Assembly (NCBI RefSeq): GCF_002803295.2
Contig: NZ_PGGB02000006.1
Coordinates: 196-32,195, forward strand
Direction of reading: 5' to 3'
DNA length: 32,000 nt
From: Caedibacter taeniospiralis
GTDB lineage: Bacteria; Pseudomonadota; Gammaproteobacteria; Francisellales; Francisellaceae
The notes beneath the pieces were generated by a model. That model saw only the letters and a program-made list of their open reading frames with translations. It had not been told where the DNA came from and searched no databases. This document shows, one piece after another, positions 27,766 to 32,000 of the stretch (the first letter of the stretch is position 1; each line of letters starts with the position of its first letter). Both the position numbers and the translations under genes were made by a program.

Positions 27766-29106
27766 ATGAAACCGATTTCTACCGTGCGCTTAGCTTTCTA
27801 TTCGCTGATCATCGTTGCCGCAAGCATCGGCGCTTTTGTTTACTGGCAAATCAGCAGTTACCCAAAAGAGTTTAACAATATCGTTTTTGTATTTGCCTAC
27901 GCACTTATGCTTATATTTGTCAGTATGCCACTTTTCCTTTCAGAGACCATCTCAGGGTTCTTAAGCAAAAAAACACTTACAGGCAGCTTACACTATGTTT
28001 CACGCTCTCGGCGTTTGCGCTTTATTGGTCTGTTATCGCTGACACTGGCTGCTTTACTGCTTATCCTTGTGAGTACACGAATGTCAACAATAAGCACAAG
28101 CCTTGTCTATACAAGTCTCTGGTACATAAGCCAATCTCCTGAAGAAACCCTTTTCCTTATTGATCATTTCACCCTTGTCATTAGCCTAATCTTAAGCTCG
28201 CTGATCGTTTTGGTCATTTGGCTTGCCCAAACCCGTCAGCGTTTTCTGAACTTGGCTTGTGCTTTTTCCACTTTGGGGCTTGCCTCTTTGGTTGGGCTGT
28301 TTATTGTGAATACCCTTAACATAGGGAGTGCAACCAGTCATTTTTTTACGCCAAATTTCCATTTACTCTCATTGATAGATGTCTGGGGAAGCGCCCTAAG
28401 TTTAGCCCTTTTCTCAGGTTTAATTGGGCTTGGAATTAACTCCGTTTTAGGGACGCATTTAAATGCTCAATGCCCGATTCGCCGCTTTAGCTCGATGTTT
28501 GCGATTGGCAGCATTCTTGCCGTGATCGTTATTATGCTTGTGCAAAGCTTGTATGTTAGCGGTGGTGGATCTACTTCAGAAGCCTTAGGTTTTCAGTATG
28601 CTTACACATTAAATCTATTGTCTTTTGGCGTGTTTTTCTTCTGTTTATTGACGGCAGCCATATTATTGTGCCAAACGTTCAAAGGCTTGGGCGCTTCAGC
28701 ATCTACGCATAAATGGTATGTTTATCTGCCACTTTTTATTCTTCTTTTGGCAGCAGTAATACTATATCAACATGTTTTGGCAAAGACCGCACAGCAAATC
28801 ATCCAAAGCGAACTCATTTTCAATTTAATTTTCGTGATTGCCTACATTGAGATACTTGCATTTGGCTGGATCTGTGATGCACAAAAATTAAGCTACCAGT
28901 TTCATAAAGCCACAAACATAAAACTTTCTGCCATTTACAACTTAAGCTTGCGCTTAATTGCTCCTGGCGCCATTTTAACTGCATTTATCCAAAAAATATT
29001 AAGCATTTGGTTAGGCGTTCATTGGATAACGATGGCTGGCATATTTCTGGTGTCACTTATTTTCACTGTGATACTTGGGAGTTTTTTACATCGTAGATTC
29101 CAGTAA
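27766..29106 (+). CDS. polytopic inner-membrane protein, weakly NSS/SNF-transporter-like
   Basis: About 11-12 hydrophobic helices. The segments RLAFYSLIIVAASIGAFVYWQISSYP and WGSALSLALFSGLIGLGINSVLGTHL loosely parallel LeuT-family TM1 and TM6, but the canonical GLGN.WRFP motif is absent. The start is uncertain (GTG 27751 or ATG 27766). Confidence 0.4.
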   Translation: MKPISTVRLAFYSLIIVAASIGAFVYWQISSYPKEFNNIVFVFAYALMLIFVSMPLFLSETISGFLSKKTLTGSLHYVSRSRRLRFIGLLSLTLAALLLILVSTRMSTISTSLVYTSLWYISQSPEETLFLIDHFTLVISLILSSLIVLVIWLAQTRQRFLNLACAFSTLGLASLVGLFIVNTLNIGSATSHFFTPNFHLLSLIDVWGSALSLALFSGLIGLGINSVLGTHLNAQCPIRRFSSMFAIGSILAVIVIMLVQSLYVSGGGSTSEALGFQYAYTLNLLSFGVFFFCLLTAAILLCQTFKGLGASASTHKWYVYLPLFILLLAAVILYQHVLAKTAQQIIQSELIFNLIFVIAYIEILAFGWICDAQKLSYQFHKATNIKLSAIYNLSLRLIAPGAILTAFIQKILSIWLGVHWITMAGIFLVSLIFTVILGSFLHRRFQ

Positions 29107-29171
29107 TGTCCTTGACGTGAAGCTATGCTCAGATTATTCTCAACCCTTCATGTAAGTTGTACACAAAAATA

Positions 29172-30143
29172 ATGCTAAGCCTTAAACAAATCCAGCAATT
29201 ATTAAATCATGACATTGAGCAGAATCATCAGGTCATCATTAACCAATTAAGCTCTGATGTCGTACTGATTAACCAGATTAGCCACTATATTATTCATAGT
29301 GGTGGCAAACGCCTGCGCCCACTTTTGTTAATGCTGGTTGCGCGTGCTTTGGCTTATAAAGGGCAAGCGCACACTAAAGCTGCGGCTATTATTGAGTTTA
29401 TTCACACGGCAACACTTTTGCATGATGATGTTGTGGATGAATCAGCATTACGCCGCGGCAAAGACACAGCCAATAATGTCTTTGGTAATGCCGCCTCTGT
29501 ATTAACGGGTGATTTTCTTTATTCACGTGCGTTTCAAATGATGGTCGAGCTTGATCAAATGAAAATCATGCAGATCCTGGCAAATGCCACGAATAAAATT
29601 GCTGAGGGTGAAGTTTTGCAGTTACTTAATTGTAATAACCCCGACATCACCGAAACGCAATATATGGAGGTTATCTATTGCAAAACCGCCAAACTATTCG
29701 AGGCAGCATGTGATGTTGCAAGCATCATTGCTGATGCGCCAACTTCAACTCAACATGCTTTACGGCAATATGGCATTCACCTTGGCAATGCCTTTCAGAT
29801 TGCTGATGATGTGCTGGATTATACCGCGGATAGCAACACTCTAGGTAAAAACATCGGGGATGACTTGGCTGAGGGTAAGGTTACACTACCAGTCATCTAT
29901 GCTTTACAAGGTTCACTTGACAAAGAGAAAGCGCTAATCCGTGAGGCAATAGAACAGGGACATCACCCTGAAATGGATAAAATCATTCAAATTATCAACC
30001 AAAGTGGTGCGATTGAATATGCCACCCAAAAAGCACAGCAATCCGCGAAACTTGCCATTGAGGCACTCATTGTTTTATCCGATTCAGTATATAAGGATGC
30101 CCTGATTTCACTTGCACATATCGCTGTTGAGAGAACGCATTAG
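29172..30143 (+). CDS. ispB: octaprenyl-diphosphate synthase (all-trans polyprenyl synthase)
   Basis: Two DDxxD motifs (LLHDDVVDES, IADDVLDY). It is colinear with E. coli IspB. With the start at the Met at 29172 it is 323 aa like E. coli; the longest ORF starts at TTG 29157. Confidence 0.92.
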   Translation: MLSLKQIQQLLNHDIEQNHQVIINQLSSDVVLINQISHYIIHSGGKRLRPLLLMLVARALAYKGQAHTKAAAIIEFIHTATLLHDDVVDESALRRGKDTANNVFGNAASVLTGDFLYSRAFQMMVELDQMKIMQILANATNKIAEGEVLQLLNCNNPDITETQYMEVIYCKTAKLFEAACDVASIIADAPTSTQHALRQYGIHLGNAFQIADDVLDYTADSNTLGKNIGDDLAEGKVTLPVIYALQGSLDKEKALIREAIEQGHHPEMDKIIQIINQSGAIEYATQKAQQSAKLAIEALIVLSDSVYKDALISLAHIAVERTH

Positions 30144-30148
30144 CCATT

Positions 30149-30303
30149 ATGTCTAAACTTTTACGTGAAAATTTCTGGCAAGCATTACCACTTAAAGCAC
30201 TAAATGACGCTGAGTGGGAGGCGTTATGTCAGCGATGAAAGAGTCTCAAGTGGAAAATATTTACACTCGACTTTTTCGGTCGATGTTTTATTATATGCCT
30301 TGA
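30149..30303 (+). pseudogene. remnant of a YcgN (UPF0260) family gene
   Basis: The ATG at 30149 opens MSKLLRENFWQALPLKALNDAEWEALCQR*. This parallels the E. coli YcgN N-terminus ...[27 protein letters not shown]. The frame stops at TGA 30236-30238, exactly where the CGxCC motif should begin. A shifted frame (to 30303) keeps only a faint E(N)IYT resemblance. Confidence 0.55.
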
Positions 30304-30331
30304 CCCCATTTAACACGCTCATCTAAAGTCC

Positions 30332-31288
30332 ATGCCACAGGCGAATAATCATTACAAAGACACTTCCAAGACTCATTGGTCCAAATTACCCGAGAAGGGA
30401 AATCTCTTGGCACTTAAGATTATGCTGGCAGCTGTTAAATTAATTGGTAGACGCATTACTTACTGTTTGGCTTACCCTGTCATGGTGTACTTTTATTGTT
30501 TTAACAAAACAGCACGCCTGGCATCACAGCAATATTTTTTGAATCTTGCAACTTATGCCAGGCACCAGAATATTCATATCAAGGCTATGGCATTTCAGCA
30601 GTTTGTTGCTTTCGGTCATAACCTGGTCGATAAAGTCGCCGTGTGGAATCACCAGATAACACGAGAGCATCTTAATTTCCCAAATCGCCATGAACTCCTG
30701 CACTTAATCAATAGCAAACAAGGCTTTGTTATCTTTAGCGCTCACCTTGGCAATATCGAAATTATGCGCGCCATTGCTTCGTCTTCTCAAACCTGTAAAA
30801 TCAACGCACTTATTTTCAATCAACACGCCCAGAAATTTAACGAGCTCCTAACTACACTTAACCCAGACTCTCAGCTTAATCTCATTCCTGTAGTGAATTT
30901 TGACCTAAGCATTGCAATGCAATTACAACATAAAATTGATCAGGGTGAGATCGTCATTATTGCCTGCGATCGCACCCCCACCAGTCGAAAGCAACACTTG
31001 GTTTCAGCTAGCTTTTTAGGCAAAAAAGCGCAATTTCCACAGGGCGGATTCCTACTTGCTCACCTTTTAAAAGCTCCTGTTTACACGATGTTATGCCTTA
31101 AAAATAAGCAAAAATATGACGTGATTTTCCGTCTATTTGCTACCCAACTGCACCTTTCAAGACAACAGCGTGAACAGGAACTGACCCAGTATGCCCAACA
31201 ATACAGTGACTTTCTCGCCGAGTATTGTTTACAATATCCAACCCAGTGGTTTAATTTTTTTGATTTCTGGCGCAAATCTGATGAATAG
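30332..31288 (+). CDS. LpxL/HtrB-family (lysophospholipid/lipid A-type) acyltransferase
   Basis: HxGNxE catalytic motif (SAHLGNIEI), an N-terminal membrane anchor and a ~318 aa size, typical of PF03279-type acyltransferases found in lipid or aryl-polyene clusters. Confidence 0.7.
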   Translation: MPQANNHYKDTSKTHWSKLPEKGNLLALKIMLAAVKLIGRRITYCLAYPVMVYFYCFNKTARLASQQYFLNLATYARHQNIHIKAMAFQQFVAFGHNLVDKVAVWNHQITREHLNFPNRHELLHLINSKQGFVIFSAHLGNIEIMRAIASSSQTCKINALIFNQHAQKFNELLTTLNPDSQLNLIPVVNFDLSIAMQLQHKIDQGEIVIIACDRTPTSRKQHLVSASFLGKKAQFPQGGFLLAHLLKAPVYTMLCLKNKQKYDVIFRLFATQLHLSRQQREQELTQYAQQYSDFLAEYCLQYPTQWFNFFDFWRKSDE

Positions 31289-31706
31289 CAAGACCGTTTC
31301 ACATGTCAGTGAAATTACGATTCCATTTTATGATGTAGATAGCCTGCAGATCGCATGGCATGGTCATTATGTCAAATACTTTGAAATTGCTCGCTGTGAG
31401 CTTTTAGATAAAATTGGCTACGACTATTCTGCCATGGCAGAAAGCGGCTACATCTGGCCTGTGGTAGATCTGCACATTAAATACATTCAACCTGCGAGAT
31501 TTGGGCAGTTGATTGAGATTCAGAGTTTGATTATTGAATACCAGAATCGCCTTAAGATCAGTTATGTGATCTATGACAAACTCACAAGGCAAAAACTCAC
31601 CAAGGGACATACGACACAACTTGCTATTGCCCGAAATACTCAAGAGCTGCAGTTTGTTTCTCCATCGATATTAATTCATAAAATTGAGACCTTTAGCCAT
31701 GATTAA
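31281..31706 (+). CDS. 4HBT (YbgC-like) acyl-CoA/ACP thioesterase
   Basis: Hot-dog fold N-terminal signature IPFYDVDSLQIAWHGHYVKYFEIAR. The start is set at ATG 31281 (141 aa), which overlaps the acyltransferase stop (ATGAATAG). The ORF-track start at 31191 lies inside the upstream gene. Confidence 0.75.
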   Translation: MNSKTVSHVSEITIPFYDVDSLQIAWHGHYVKYFEIARCELLDKIGYDYSAMAESGYIWPVVDLHIKYIQPARFGQLIEIQSLIIEYQNRLKISYVIYDKLTRQKLTKGHTTQLAIARNTQELQFVSPSILIHKIETFSHD

Positions 31707-32000
31707 AACCATTCAAAAATTACTATTCATCTGCTTTTTAAGCATCTATGTAACGTTGAATCTGGCTCACGCAGAAGCCTCTGATGACATTTTTAACCAC
31801 CCATTGTCGGCAAAAAATCAGCTCGCTTTCGATAAAGTTCAACAAAAACAGGCTAAAATTGATCACGTGTGCGGGCAATTTATTCAAATACGTCATATGA
31901 AACTACTATCGAAACCCTTGAAATCCAGTGGAACATTTGAACTATCGAAAAAAAATGGACTAAAGTGGCTACAAGAAAAACCTTTCCAGTCAACTCTAAT
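31699..32000 (+). CDS. LolA-like outer-membrane lipoprotein carrier family protein (5' part; runs off the window)
   Basis: The ATG at 31699 overlaps the thioesterase stop (ATGATTAA). It has a signal peptide (MIKTIQKLLFICFLSIYVTLNLAHA), then a GQFIQIRHMKLLSKPLKSSGTFELSKKNGLKWLQEKPF pattern typical of LolA-like proteins. It is absent from the ORF track because there is no stop in the window. Confidence 0.65.
   Translation, partial: MIKTIQKLLFICFLSIYVTLNLAHAEASDDIFNHPLSAKNQLAFDKVQQKQAKIDHVCGQFIQIRHMKLLSKPLKSSGTFELSKKNGLKWLQEKPFQSTL

Noticed and set aside
1-32000. CRISPR arrays, tRNA, rRNA, tmRNA, RNase P or 6S RNA genes
   Set aside because: I found no regularly spaced direct repeats, no tRNA T-loop/acceptor pattern, and no RNase P (GAGGAAAGTCCGGGC) or tmRNA (GGGGCTGA...) hallmarks in any intergenic region scanned by eye.

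Overview
AT-rich gammaproteobacterial chromosomal segment. Many proteins align closely by eye to E. coli orthologues. The repeat style and the amount of gene decay suggest a Legionellales-like, possibly host-associated organism, but that is inference only. The window is mostly housekeeping: valS, ettA, proC-yggT, ribF-ileS-lspA, nrdA-nrdB-yfaE, cca, msbA-lpxK and ispB. Accessory content is a partial ISL3-family IS at the left edge, an SplB-like radical SAM gene, a DMT transporter, a PACE (AceI-like) efflux gene coupled to proC, a class II Fic protein, a DsbB-like gene with a small unlisted membrane ORF, a tandem-USP protein, a FUSC-like protein and a divergent polytopic membrane protein. At the right edge an acyltransferase, a 4HBT thioesterase and a LolA-like gene overlap and look like the start of a lipid or aryl-polyene-type cluster. 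I recognised no rRNA, tRNA or CRISPR array. I do not see a convincing novel multi-gene system. The best leads are: (1) a 173-bp element with perfect 27-bp terminal inverted repeats in the nrdA upstream region; (2) GTAG-headed REP/BIME-like palindromes and a dispersed repeat shared by the nrdB-yfaE and nrdA-cca spacers; (3) a DsbB-like gene with an in-frame TGA, unusual cysteine placement and a 52-aa partner ORF; (4) several independent gene remnants (RND efflux operon, ycgN, IS transposase). All family calls come from motif recognition by eye, not from searches.
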